A stretch of 64,000 bases of DNA from Eledone cirrhosa (lineage: Eukaryota), in assembly GCA_964016885.1 (NCBI GenBank), contig OZ024742.1, positions 66,526,001-66,590,000 on the forward strand, in the 5' to 3' direction. Position numbers and translations under genes: made by a program. Shown here in pieces: positions 16,660-27,928 of the stretch; the stretch's first letter is position 1, and each line of letters starts with the position of its first letter. The notes below the pieces were generated by a model. It was not told where the DNA came from. It saw nothing but the letters and a program-made list of their open reading frames with translations, and ran no database searches.

Positions 16660-17368
16660 TGTTTATAACCTTATATGATAGGGACTCATTTGAAACACCA
16701 TTAATGTACTTTAGGATAATAAAATTTAACTATGGAAATCAGCTAGTTACCTCCTCTTACGCATTAACTCCCCGTAATCACACACACACTTCCGGAATAT
16801 AATACAATGTCATCTATCACAACAAAAACAACCTGATCTATGAATCGAATTATAGAACGACATCTATGATTTATAACATGGTTCACCAGGCACCCAATGT
16901 TGAATCATCGTGGCTTGTGTGATAGACATTGGGTTTCCTGCATTGTGTGAGTGGTGGTGGGTGCGAGGACAGTGGTGCTGTTTTGCTTCTCATTTGTAAT
17001 ATTTTTGATATTTTTGATATTTTTGGTCTTTCTCTACACACAGGCTTATATATCGTACAGGTGTGTGTGAAAAATACTTTAACAATACAGCCCCCATGAT
17101 GCTATTGATTACCTGCTTTAACTGCTTGTTTTACATGTAACAATCTGCCGCACTATAATCCTGTATAAATAAGACATGCGTGCATGCCACACGTGAGACT
17201 GTTACATACACTGACTACTCTAAACTTTCCTCTTGTTTTATCTTCATAAACTGCTAATGTTTTATTTCTATTTTAATTTTAATTTTAACTTTGATTTTGT
17301 CCTTTAATATGACCGTAACCTTTGTATGTAAATAGTCATTCTATATTATTATGATGGATGTCAACCCA

Positions 17369-17435
<67 letters not shown>

Positions 17436-17442
<7 letters not shown>

Positions 17443-17510
17443 ATACTTTGGGAGGGTCATGTTGCCAATAAGAAACACACGCACCAGTTGCTTTCACTTC
17501 AATTTAATTT
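17436..17510 (-). mobile_element. Very short P1 pLTR 3' fragment in (TA)n
   Basis: ATTGTTATACTTTGGGAGGGTC..CACTTCAATTTAATTT matches the pLTR at ~18851-18924. Confidence 0.9.
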
Positions 17511-17604
17511 ATATATATATATACTGTATGTATATATATATATATATATATATATACTGAATATATATATATATTTATATTCTGTGTATATATATATATA
17601 TATA

Positions 17605-17662
<58 letters not shown>

Positions 17663-17667
<5 letters not shown>

Positions 17668-18598
17668 AGATGTAAAATAAGAAAATTATATAATTAACTT
17701 ACTTACTAAAATATCACTTCCAACTAATTAGTTTCTGGAATGGAGTAAATATATTTTCCGAAAAAGATACAGAGAAGCATTCCGTCGTCAGGAAAGTCTA
17801 TTCTCATGTAAGTTTCCAGGCAAAGCGAGGACACTGGAAACTTATTAAAAAATAATTCAGTGGATAGGAAATAGCAAAGCGTGGACTGAATTCCAAGCCA
17901 TTGAGAAAATCACTGCCTCTGCGTCTGTGGCAAATTCAAAAAGAATCAATCTCTTATATTATTGTTCTGCAACCCCATGCATTGAACCACAATGTTATTA
18001 AGACAAAACCTATATATTTGCTAGCATTGATATGCATCTGTATGTATATATATGTTACTAGATATGAATTCTTTATTATTATCTCCAAATTATTTGTCGA
18101 GCAATATTGGTCATGACTGCTGCTACGGTTGTAGGCAGGCCGCTGTCTTATTAGCAAACCACTTTCCACTGATTGACCTCGATGTCACGTGTTTGATTCT
18201 TTTTGAATTTGCCACAGACGCAGAGGCAGTGATTTTCTCAATGGCTAGGAATTAAGTCCACGCTTTGCTATTTCCTATCCACTGAATTATTTTTTAATAA
18301 GTTTCCAGTGTCCCCGCTTTGCCTGGAAACTTACATGAGAATAGACGTTCCTGACGACGGAATGCTTTTTTTATATCTTCTTCGGAAAATATATTTACTC
18401 CATTCCAGAAACTAATTAGTTGGAAGTGATATTTTAGTAAGTTAATTTTATAATTTTCTTATTTTACGTCTCTTATATTATTGTTCTGCAACCCCATGCA
18501 TTGAACCACAATGTTATTAAGACAAAACCTATATATTTGCTAGCATTGATATGCATCTGTATGTATATATATGTTTACTAGATATGAATTCTTTATTA
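17663..18598 (+). mobile_element. Non-coding, terminally redundant ~519-bp element with 5' inversion and a hammerhead-like core
   Basis: 17950-18078 is directly repeated at 18469-18598. 17663-17949 is an inverted copy of ~18193-18476. CUGACGA-CGGA..UUCG-GAAA-AUAUAUU at ~18351-18396. Confidence 0.7.
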
Positions 18599-18620
18599 TA
18601 TATATATATATATATATATA

Positions 18621-18684
<64 letters not shown>

Positions 18685-18749
18685 TGTATATATATATATA
18701 ATGTATATATATATATATATATATATACTGTATATATATATATAATGTA

Positions 18750-18794
<45 letters not shown>

Positions 18795-19356
18795 CGTTTC
18801 TGAATTTGTTTAGCAAGATTCTTTATCTGAAATCGTGTGTTGAAACCGATATTGTTATACTTTGGGAGGGTCATGTTGCCAATAAGAAACACACGCACCA
18901 GTTGCTTTCACTTCAATTTAATTTAATATATATTTATAAATTTACAAATTTATAAATTTCTGGTTGGTTGGTTGGTTCCACAACCAGATAGTTGTTTATA
19001 TATATATAGTCATAGTTCTTTCGTCACACACTCTGTGACCTCTTCAGTGACTGGGGATTTCTTTCTTCGTTTCTGTGCCTTTCCTTTCTTCTATCCTACG
19101 CCATTTTGTTTGTGTGTGGGTTGCGTGCTCAGTTTGCGCATGCGCCACATCCGGGTGTCTGTGTGTGTTTGTGTTCATTTTTCTATTTTTATATTTTTAT
19201 ATTTATATTTGTTTGTTTATTTATTTATTTATTGTTGGTTGGTTGTTTGTTCTATGTGTGTGTGTGTTTTCATTTTGTCTTGTGTGTGTTTTCATTTTGT
19301 GTGTGTTTTCAATTGTAAGTTGTTTATATATGTGTGTGTGTGTTTTCATTTTGTCC

Positions 19357-22300
19357 TTAATTGTAAGTTGTGATGTTGCTGTTCCACTCATATTTTCTAT
19401 TTAATTTTGGTTTTAATTCTTTTATGCTTACTGCCTCTGTAATTTGCCTAAACATTGCGTCTTTCTTGTGTGTGGATTCTATTTTTATTTCTATGCTCTC
19501 TAATTTACCCCTGTGTTCTATCTTAGCATGTTGGTAGAGCACAGATGATTCTTTACTATCTTGGAGGTCTCGCCAGTGTTCATTTATTCGTTCCCCTATA
19601 CTACGAGCTGTCTCACCTATGTACACTATATTTTTGTTTCTACATTGTCCCTCAGTACATCTTATGCTATATACTACATTTCTAGTTTTACAGTTAATAT
19701 GGGGGCTTATTTTACAGGTTATACATTTCTTATCTATACATGAGGGTCTTTGGAACGGGTATGTCTTGCTAATAAGTGTTTTTACGGAGGTACCAGGTCT
19801 TTCTACTATCTTAATATTGAGATTATGTTTCTTTAGGGCCCTTCTAAATTTGTAGGCTAGTTCACCTCTAGGGGTTGTATTGATGAACATTACACTCTGG
19901 TATTTATTGCTATCATACCATGAGTTTATTCTATTGGCCTTGTTCTTAGTTCTTTCTATTCTATTCCAAAATTTGCTCCTATACAAGGGGCAGGTCCCAT
20001 TTATGTCATTATTTACCATTTTTTCCCATTTGGTTCTGGCTCCTTTATACACTCTGATTCTATCTCTCTGATTGTAGCCAGAGAACTGCATACGGTGGAT
20101 GAAGTGTTGTATGTGTCTCTCTAGTTCTTCGGGGTTGCACATGCGGGACACATTTCTCATCACCCGTATCAAATCCGCAATCAGTATGTTGATTTTGGTA
20201 TGGTCCGAAATGGCCGAGTTTCGGTGGATCAGATGTTTGGAAGTCATGGGTTTGGCATAATGGGAATGGAGGATTTGTTTTTGGTTGTTAATAGTATCTA
20301 ACCAGAGCTCTGTGTCTAGTACAGGTAATCGATGGTTGGGGTGTCTACTTGGGTAGTCTATAGTAACTCTAATGCTCTGGTGGATGGAGTTTGCTATTTG
20401 CTGGATGCTTTCCATTGTGTTTTTCTCAGGTTCCTGACTGTTCTTTAGTGGGGGTGTCTTAACTACGATGTTTATATCATCTACGTAGCGGGAGTACATT
20501 ATCAGGGTTAATCTGTCTTCTAATTGTTCTTTAAGTTTTTGTTTAAGTCTACTGTCCCACCATACCATGAACAAGTTAGCTATGTCGCCTGCAATGCTAA
20601 CACCAATGGCTGCTCCTTCCTCTTGGGCATATGTTTTACCATTAAATTTGAACATATGTTCCTTAAGGGTTAATTTTATGCTGGCCCCTACCGCATGTGC
20701 AATCATTTTCTTCAGTTCATCGTGGTTTTCGGGTGTCCGTATGGCTCTGGTCCACCCGTTCCATCTATCTGTGTGGGTTTTCTTGGCCATTGAGGTAATG
20801 GTAGGTGGTCTGCCTCTTGCTGGTCTTGTAGGGCACAGGTTGCTAAGGTCATAAGTGTCTAGGTAACTATTACTATGGGTAAGCTTAAGTAGAAGTCCCA
20901 GCTCACTGGTATCAATCCCACGGAACTCAACCTTGCTCTCGCTGATCATTTCGACGCATTTCTCCACAGCAAAATCCACGTCAATAGATGGATACAGGGA
21001 CACAACATCCATACTGCCTATTATGCAGTTTGTTAGGTCCCCAGATCGGTTACCCGCGTCGATTCTGCTGAGGAGGTCCTCCGTGCTGTCACACACATCT
21101 GGGGACATCTCAATGATGGGGCGTATGATCAGGGAGAGGAAGTAGGACAGTCTGTAGTTACTAGCAATGTTAGCCCCACAGACTGGCCGTGTTGGTGGTC
21201 CCGCGACAGGGTCCCAGCCCGTTTTATGGTCTTTTCGAAGCCCATACAACGCCGGCACGTCATTGTTCCAGGCCTGGAAGTTGTTGGCAGTCCTTTTGTT
21301 GGGCTGCATTATATTTGTCCACATCACCATATGGGCATTGAGGGTTTTTTCTCTGTCCTCATGCTCCTGTGGTGTTACCTCTCTTGTGTTAGTGATGTGG
21401 GGTTGCATTGCCTGGATGTAGTTTGGCAGGCTGTCAACCGACATTCTGCCAGACTTGTCTGTTGGAAAGCATGCTATCTCTCCATTACGCGAGCGCTGCA
21501 TGAGCTTACGCAAGCCATTTGCAGATTCTTCTCCCAGTTGCTGGGCCTCTATTCTATTATGCTTCTTGCTATACTGTTCTATAATATTTCTAAGTTCGGA
21601 TTTAGCTATACTAAATTGTGCTTCTGTTTGTTCATCGACCTGCGACGGCAACTGCGTGCGTTTGTTAAATGGCAAAGTCGTGGCGTGGACTCGTCGTAGG
21701 TCGAATGATTTATCGGAGTGGTTATAAAACGGAGAGTTCCAGGCTGCTGCTTTATGTGTACTTGCGCTATTGTTAGTTGTGTTGTTTCTATTTCCACCAA
21801 CAGCAGCAGCCTCAGCTTCATGGTTGTTTCTATGTCTCTCATAATTACTCCTGTCTCTTTCCACTGGCTCAATGTTGTTATCTACCCTATTTTGTGTGTC
21901 TGTGTGTTCGTCTTGGTTATTCTCTTTGTCCTTAGTCTCCCTACTCCTTTTAATCCTATTACTTTCTCTTATTTCTCTGATTTCTGTGCTACTGTCATTA
22001 CTTGTTTTCTGTGTCTGTGTGTTTGTTAAGATTGTAGTGGTGGTGAGAGGCATTGAATGTGTGTGTGTTGTTGTTGTTGATGTGTGTTGTTGTTGATGTG
22101 TGTTGTTGTCTCCGTGTGTGTGTGTGTTATCGTTGTTGTGTGTGTTGTTATTGTTGTTTGTGTTTGCGTGTCTGTTGTTGTTGTATCTGGGTATGTTGCT
22201 GTTGTTGTTGTTGTTGATGTGTGTGTTGTTGTTATTGTTGTCTCCGTGTGTGTTGTTATTGTTGTTTGTGTCTGCGTGTCTGTTGTATCTGGGTATGTTG

Positions 22301-23184
22301 CTATTGTTGGTATTGTATCTGGGTATGTTGCTATTGTTGTTGTTATTGTTTGTGTCTGTGTGTCTGTTGTTGTTGGGATGTGTGTTGTATATGTGTGTGC
22401 GTATATTGTTGCTTTTGTTTTTGTTTTTGATGCTCCAGCGTAGTTTCGTAAATGATTTTTCTATTTCTGACAGACAACTAATCATATTTACCTTCTTGAA
22501 TGTCGCAAATTTGGGTGGCAAACGTAACACAGACATTTCATTATTATCTATTTTCGTGTTTCCATAAATGTTGGTATTTTCACTGTTGAACTCTTCAGAT
22601 AATGAGGTGTCGGCCATGTTGATACCGTCAATTTTGTCGGGATATCTATTGGTATACTCTATAGTATCCCGATTTAGCTTTGCCTGTTTAAGCCACTTTA
22701 ATTTTCTGTTAAAGTGCTTATTACATTCTTGAGTAATGTACTGTTCTTCGGGGCGTATAAGGCTTATAAATGTTAGTTTTTCTGCTGGTGTGGTGATTTT
22801 AGATATTTCATCTATTAGGTTACGCTTTAGTTTTTCTTGATGACTTAATTCTCTATAGATCTTCTTTTTTATGTTTAGAATTAAAGTTCGTTTTAGCCTA
22901 TCTGCTTGTTTTTTGGTGAGTTGTAATCTTCTAACGTCGGTATTGATGGTGTTGGTGTAGATTCTAGAAGTGGTGCACAGTTTTATGAAGTGTAGTTGTC
23001 GAGATGTTATGGTTTTTCGTAGACAACAGAACATGGTGGTTTTCAGTATCTTGTTAGCCTGGCTAAGGCTTACGATATTTCGTTTCTGAATTTGTTTAGC
23101 AAGATTCTTTATCTGAAATCGTGTGTTGAAACCGATATTGTTATACTTTGGGAGGGTCATGTTGCCAATAAGAAACACACGCAC
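19357..23184 (-). CDS. Intact PLE polyprotein (1275 aa): N-terminal domain, Asn-rich linker, reverse transcriptase, Cys-rich linker, GIY-YIG endonuclease
   Basis: Motifs TDKSGR, LYGLRKDHK, TRPVC, SMDVVSLYPSI, GAAIG, RYVDD, LPVLD, CIDKKCITC, NVVYSIRC..YIGETARS..ERINEH, EAVSI..PKLN. The first ATG is at MTLPK. Confidence 0.95.
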   Translation of the reverse strand: MRVFLIGNMTLPKYNNIGFNTRFQIKNLAKQIQKRNIVSLSQANKILKTTMFCCLRKTITSRQLHFIKLCTTSRIYTNTINTDVRRLQLTKKQADRLKRTLILNIKKKIYRELSHQEKLKRNLIDEISKITTPAEKLTFISLIRPEEQYITQECNKHFNRKLKWLKQAKLNRDTIEYTNRYPDKIDGINMADTSLSEEFNSENTNIYGNTKIDNNEMSVLRLPPKFATFKKVNMISCLSEIEKSFTKLRWSIKNKNKSNNIRTHIYNTHPNNNRHTDTNNNNNNSNIPRYNTNNSNIPRYNRHADTNNNNNTHGDNNNNNTHINNNNNSNIPRYNNNRHANTNNNNNTHNNDNTHTHGDNNTHQQQHTSTTTTHTHSMPLTTTTILTNTQTQKTSNDSSTEIREIRESNRIKRSRETKDKENNQDEHTDTQNRVDNNIEPVERDRSNYERHRNNHEAEAAAVGGNRNNTTNNSASTHKAAAWNSPFYNHSDKSFDLRRVHATTLPFNKRTQLPSQVDEQTEAQFSIAKSELRNIIEQYSKKHNRIEAQQLGEESANGLRKLMQRSRNGEIACFPTDKSGRMSVDSLPNYIQAMQPHITNTREVTPQEHEDREKTLNAHMVMWTNIMQPNKRTANNFQAWNNDVPALYGLRKDHKTGWDPVAGPPTRPVCGANIASNYRLSYFLSLIIRPIIEMSPDVCDSTEDLLSRIDAGNRSGDLTNCIIGSMDVVSLYPSIDVDFAVEKCVEMISESKVEFRGIDTSELGLLLKLTHSNSYLDTYDLSNLCPTRPARGRPPTITSMAKKTHTDRWNGWTRAIRTPENHDELKKMIAHAVGASIKLTLKEHMFKFNGKTYAQEEGAAIGVSIAGDIANLFMVWWDSRLKQKLKEQLEDRLTLIMYSRYVDDINIVVKTPPLKNSQEPEKNTMESIQQIANSIHQSIRVTIDYPSRHPNHRLPVLDTELWLDTINNQKQILHSHYAKPMTSKHLIHRNSAISDHTKINILIADLIRVMRNVSRMCNPEELERHIQHFIHRMQFSGYNQRDRIRVYKGARTKWEKMVNNDINGTCPLYRSKFWNRIERTKNKANRINSWYDSNKYQSVMFINTTPRGELAYKFRRALKKHNLNIKIVERPGTSVKTLISKTYPFQRPSCIDKKCITCKISPHINCKTRNVVYSIRCTEGQCRNKNIVYIGETARSIGERINEHWRDLQDSKESSVLYQHAKIEHRGKLESIEIKIESTHKKDAMFRQITEAVSIKELKPKLNRKYEWNSNITTYN

Positions 23185-23642
23185 CAGTTGCTTTCACTTC
23201 AATTTAATTTAATATATATTTATAAATTTACAAATTTATAAATTTCTGGTTGGTTGGTTGGTTCCACAACCAGATAGTTGTTTATATATATATAGTCATA
23301 GTTCTTTCGTCACACACTCTGTGACCTCTTCAGTGACTGGGGATTTCTTTCTTCGTTTCTGTGCCTTTCCTTTCTTCTATCCTACGCCATTTTGTTTGTG
23401 TGTGGGTTGCGTGCTCAGTTTGCGCATGCGCCACATCCGGGTGTCTGTGTGTGTTTGTGTTCATTTTTCTATTTTTATATTTTTATATTTATATTTGTTT
23501 GTTTATTTATTTATTTATTGTTGGTTGGTTGTTTGTTCTATGTGTGTGTGTGTTTTCATTTTGTCTTGTGTGTGTTTTCATTTTGTGTGTGTTTTCAATT
23601 GTAAGTTGTTTATATATGTGTGTGTGTGTTTTCATTTTGTCC

Positions 23643-26600
23643 TTAATTGTAAGTTGTGATGTTGCTGTTCCACTCATATTTTCTATTTAATTTTGGTTTT
23701 AATTCTTTTATGCTTACTGCCTCTGTAATTTGCCTAAACATTGCGTCTTTCTTGTGTGTGGATTCTATTTTTATTTCTATGCTCTCTAATTTACCCCTGT
23801 GTTCTATCTTAGCATGTTGGTAGAGCACAGATGATTCTTTACTATCTTGGAGGTCTCGCCAGTGTTCATTTATTCGTTCCCCTATACTACGAGCTGTCTC
23901 ACCTATGTACACTATATTTTTGTTTCTACATTGTCCCTCAGTACATCTTATGCTATATACTACATTTCTAGTTTTACAGTTAATATGGGGGCTTATTTTA
24001 CAGGTTATACATTTCTTATCTATACATGAGGGTCTTTGGAACGGGTATGTCTTGCTAATAAGTGTTTTTACGGAGGTACCAGGTCTTTCTACTATCTTAA
24101 TATTGAGATTATGTTTCTTTAGGGCCCTTCTAAATTTGTAGGCTAGTTCACCTCTAGGGGTTGTATTGATGAACATTACACTCTGGTATTTATTGCTATC
24201 ATACCATGAGTTTATTCTATTGGCCTTGTTCTTAGTTCTTTCTATTCTATTCCAAAATTTGCTCCTATACAAGGGGCAGGTCCCATTTATGTCATTATTT
24301 ACCATTTTTTCCCATTTGGTTCTGGCTCCTTTATACACTCTGATTCTATCTCTCTGATTGTAGCCAGAGAACTGCATACGGTGGATGAAGTGTTGTATGT
24401 GTCTCTCTAGTTCTTCGGGGTTGCACATGCGGGACACATTTCTCATCACCCGTATCAAATCCGCAATCAGTATGTTGATTTTGGTATGGTCCGAAATGGC
24501 CGAGTTTCGGTGGATCAGATGTTTGGAAGTCATGGGTTTGGCATAATGGGAATGGAGGATTTGTTTTTGGTTGTTAATAGTATCTAACCAGAGCTCTGTG
24601 TCTAGTACAGGTAATCGATGGTTGGGGTGTCTACTTGGGTAGTCTATAGTAACTCTAATGCTCTGGTGGATGGAGTTTGCTATTTGCTGGATGCTTTCCA
24701 TTGTGTTTTTCTCAGGTTCCTGACTGTTCTTTAGTGGGGGTGTCTTAACTACGATGTTTATATCATCTACGTAGCGGGAGTACATTATCAGGGTTAATCT
24801 GTCTTCTAATTGTTCTTTAAGTTTTTGTTTAAGTCTACTGTCCCACCATACCATGAACAAGTTAGCTATGTCGCCTGCAATGCTAACACCAATGGCTGCT
24901 CCTTCCTCTTGGGCATATGTTTTACCATTAAATTTGAACATATGTTCCTTAAGGGTTAATTTTATGCTGGCCCCTACCGCATGTGCAATCATTTTCTTCA
25001 GTTCATCGTGGTTTTCGGGTGTCCGTATGGCTCTGGTCCACCCGTTCCATCTATCTGTGTGGGTTTTCTTGGCCATTGAGGTAATGGTAGGTGGTCTGCC
25101 TCTTGCTGGTCTTGTAGGGCACAGGTTGCTAAGGTCATAAGTGTCTAGGTAACTATTACTATGGGTAAGCTTAAGTAGAAGTCCCAGCTCACTGGTATCA
25201 ATCCCACGGAACTCAACCTTGCTCTCGCTGATCATTTCGACGCATTTCTCCACAGCAAAATCCACGTCAATAGATGGATACAGGGACACAACATCCATAC
25301 TGCCTATTATGCAGTTTGTTAGGTCCCCAGATCGGTTACCCGCGTCGATTCTGCTGAGGAGGTCCTCCGTGCTGTCACACACATCTGGGGACATCTCAAT
25401 GATGGGGCGTATGATCAGGGAGAGGAAGTAGGACAGTCTGTAGTTACTAGCAATGTTAGCCCCACAGACTGGCCGTGTTGGTGGTCCCGCGACAGGGTCC
25501 CAGCCCGTTTTATGGTCTTTTCGAAGCCCATACAACGCCGGCACGTCATTGTTCCAGGCCTGGAAGTTGTTGGCAGTCCTTTTGTTGTTGGGCTGCATTA
25601 TATTTGTCCACATCACCATATGGGCATTGAGGGTTTTTTCTCTGTCCTCATGCTCCTGTGGTGTTACCTCTCTTGTGTTAGTGATGTGGGGTTGCATTGC
25701 CTGGATGTAGTTTGGCAGGCTGTCAACCGACATTCTGCCAGACTTGTCTGTTGGAAAGCATGCTATCTCTCCATTACGCGAGCGCTGCATGAGCTTACGC
25801 AAGCCATTTGCAGATTCTTCTCCCAGTTGCTGGGCCTCTATTCTATTATGCTTCTTGCTATACTGTTCTATAATATTTCTAAGTTCGGATTTAGCTATAC
25901 TAAATTGTGCTTCTGTTTGTTCATCGACCTGCGACGGCAACTGCGTGCGTTTGTTAAATGGCAAAGTCGTGGCGTGGACTCGTCGTAGGTCGAATGATTT
26001 ATCGGAGTGGTTATAAAACGGAGAGTTCCAGGCTGCTGCTTTATGTGTACTTGCGCTATTGTTAGTTGTGTTGTTTCTATTTCCACCAACAGCAGCAGCC
26101 TCAGCTTCATGGTTGTTTCTATGTCTCTCATAATTACTCCTGTCTCTTTCCACTGGCTCAATGTTGTTATCTACCCTATTTTGTGTGTCTGTGTGTTCGT
26201 CTTGGTTATTCTCTGTGTCCTTAGTCTCCCTACTCCTTTTAATCCTATTACTTTCTCTTATTTCTCTGATTTCTGTGCTACTGTCATTACTTGTTTTCTG
26301 TGTCTGTGTGTTTGTTAAGATTGTAGTGGTGGTGAGAGGCATTGAATGTGTGTGTGTTGTTGTTGTTGATGTGTGTTGTTGTTGATGTGTGTTGTTGTCT
26401 CCGTGTGTGTGTGTGTTATCGTTGTTGTGTGTGTTGTTATTGTTGTTTGTGTTTGCGTGTCTGTTGTTGTTGTATCTGGGTATGTTGCTGTTGTTGTTGT
26501 TGATGTGTGTGTTGTTGTTATTGTTGTCTCCGTGTGTGTTGTTATTGTTGTTTGTGTCTGCGTGTCTGTTGTATCTGGGTATGTTGCTATTGTTGGTATT

Positions 26601-27470
26601 GTATCTGGGTATGTTGCTATTGTTGTTGTTATTGTTTGTGTCTGTGTGTCTGTTGTTGTTGGGATGTGTGTTGTATATGTGTGTGCGTATATTGTTGCTT
26701 TTGTTTTTGTTTTTGATGCTCCAGCGTAGTTTCGTAAATGATTTTTCTATTTCTGACAGACAACTAATCATATTTACCTTCTTGAATGTCGCAAATTTGG
26801 GTGGCAAACGTAACACAGACATTTCATTACTATCTATTTTCGTGTTTCCATAAATGTTGGTATTTTCACTGTTGAACTCTTCAGATAATGAGGTGTCGGC
26901 CATGTTGATACCGTCAATTTTGTCGGGATATCTATTGGTATACTCTATAGTATCCCGATTTAGCTTTGCCTGTTTAAGCCACTTTAATTTTCTGTTAAAG
27001 TGCTTATTACATTCTTGAGTAATGTACTGTTCTTCGGGGCGTATAAGGCTTATAAATGTTAGTTTTTCTGCTGGTGTGGTGATTTTAGATATTTCATCTA
27101 TTAGGTTACGCTTTAGTTTTTCTTGATGACTTAATTCTCTATAGATCTTCTTTTTTATGTTTAGAATTAAAGTTCGTTTTAGCCTATCTGCTTGTTTTTT
27201 GGTGAGTTGTAACCTTCTAACGTCGGTATTGATGGTGTTGGTGTAGATTCTAGAAGTGGTGCACAGTTTTATGAAGTGTAGTTGTCGAGATGTTATGGTT
27301 TTTCGTAGACAACAGAACATGGTGGTTTTCAGTATCTTGTTAGCCTGGCTAAGGCTTACGATATTTCGTTTCTGAATTTGTTTAGCAAGATTCTTTATCT
27401 GAAATCGTGTGTTGAAACCGATATTGTTATACTTTGGGAGGGTCATGTTGCCAATAAGAAACACACGCAC
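23643..27470 (-). CDS. Intact PLE polyprotein, tandem copy 2 (1275 aa)
   Basis: Same motifs. Differs from copy 1 by N/S and K/T substitutions and two compensating single-Asn indels. Confidence 0.95.
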   Translation of the reverse strand: MRVFLIGNMTLPKYNNIGFNTRFQIKNLAKQIQKRNIVSLSQANKILKTTMFCCLRKTITSRQLHFIKLCTTSRIYTNTINTDVRRLQLTKKQADRLKRTLILNIKKKIYRELSHQEKLKRNLIDEISKITTPAEKLTFISLIRPEEQYITQECNKHFNRKLKWLKQAKLNRDTIEYTNRYPDKIDGINMADTSLSEEFNSENTNIYGNTKIDSNEMSVLRLPPKFATFKKVNMISCLSEIEKSFTKLRWSIKNKNKSNNIRTHIYNTHPNNNRHTDTNNNNNNSNIPRYNTNNSNIPRYNRHADTNNNNNTHGDNNNNNTHINNNNSNIPRYNNNRHANTNNNNNTHNNDNTHTHGDNNTHQQQHTSTTTTHTHSMPLTTTTILTNTQTQKTSNDSSTEIREIRESNRIKRSRETKDTENNQDEHTDTQNRVDNNIEPVERDRSNYERHRNNHEAEAAAVGGNRNNTTNNSASTHKAAAWNSPFYNHSDKSFDLRRVHATTLPFNKRTQLPSQVDEQTEAQFSIAKSELRNIIEQYSKKHNRIEAQQLGEESANGLRKLMQRSRNGEIACFPTDKSGRMSVDSLPNYIQAMQPHITNTREVTPQEHEDREKTLNAHMVMWTNIMQPNNKRTANNFQAWNNDVPALYGLRKDHKTGWDPVAGPPTRPVCGANIASNYRLSYFLSLIIRPIIEMSPDVCDSTEDLLSRIDAGNRSGDLTNCIIGSMDVVSLYPSIDVDFAVEKCVEMISESKVEFRGIDTSELGLLLKLTHSNSYLDTYDLSNLCPTRPARGRPPTITSMAKKTHTDRWNGWTRAIRTPENHDELKKMIAHAVGASIKLTLKEHMFKFNGKTYAQEEGAAIGVSIAGDIANLFMVWWDSRLKQKLKEQLEDRLTLIMYSRYVDDINIVVKTPPLKNSQEPEKNTMESIQQIANSIHQSIRVTIDYPSRHPNHRLPVLDTELWLDTINNQKQILHSHYAKPMTSKHLIHRNSAISDHTKINILIADLIRVMRNVSRMCNPEELERHIQHFIHRMQFSGYNQRDRIRVYKGARTKWEKMVNNDINGTCPLYRSKFWNRIERTKNKANRINSWYDSNKYQSVMFINTTPRGELAYKFRRALKKHNLNIKIVERPGTSVKTLISKTYPFQRPSCIDKKCITCKISPHINCKTRNVVYSIRCTEGQCRNKNIVYIGETARSIGERINEHWRDLQDSKESSVLYQHAKIEHRGKLESIEIKIESTHKKDAMFRQITEAVSIKELKPKLNRKYEWNSNITTYN

Positions 27471-27928
27471 CAGTTGCTTTCACTTCAATTTAATTTAATA
27501 TATATTTATAAATTTACAAATTTATAAATTTCTGGTTGGTTGGTTGGTTCCACAACCAGATAGTTGTTTATATATATATAGTCATAGTTCTTTCGTCACA
27601 CACTCTGTGACCTCTTCAGTGACTGGGGATTTCTTTCTTCGTTTCTGTGCCTTTCCTTTCTTCTATCCTACGCCATTTTGTTTGTGTGTGGGTTGCGTGC
27701 TCAGTTTGCGCATGCGCCACATCCGGGTGTCTGTGTGTGTTTGTGTTCATTTTTCTATTTTTCTATTTTTATATTTATATTTGTTTGTTTATTTATTTAT
27801 TTATTGTTGGTTGGTTGTTTGTTCTATGTGTGTGTGTGTTTTCATTTTGTCTTGTGTGTGTTTTCATTTTGTGTGTGTTTTCAATTGTAAGTTGTTTATA
27901 TATGTGTGTGTGTGTTTTCATTTTGTCC

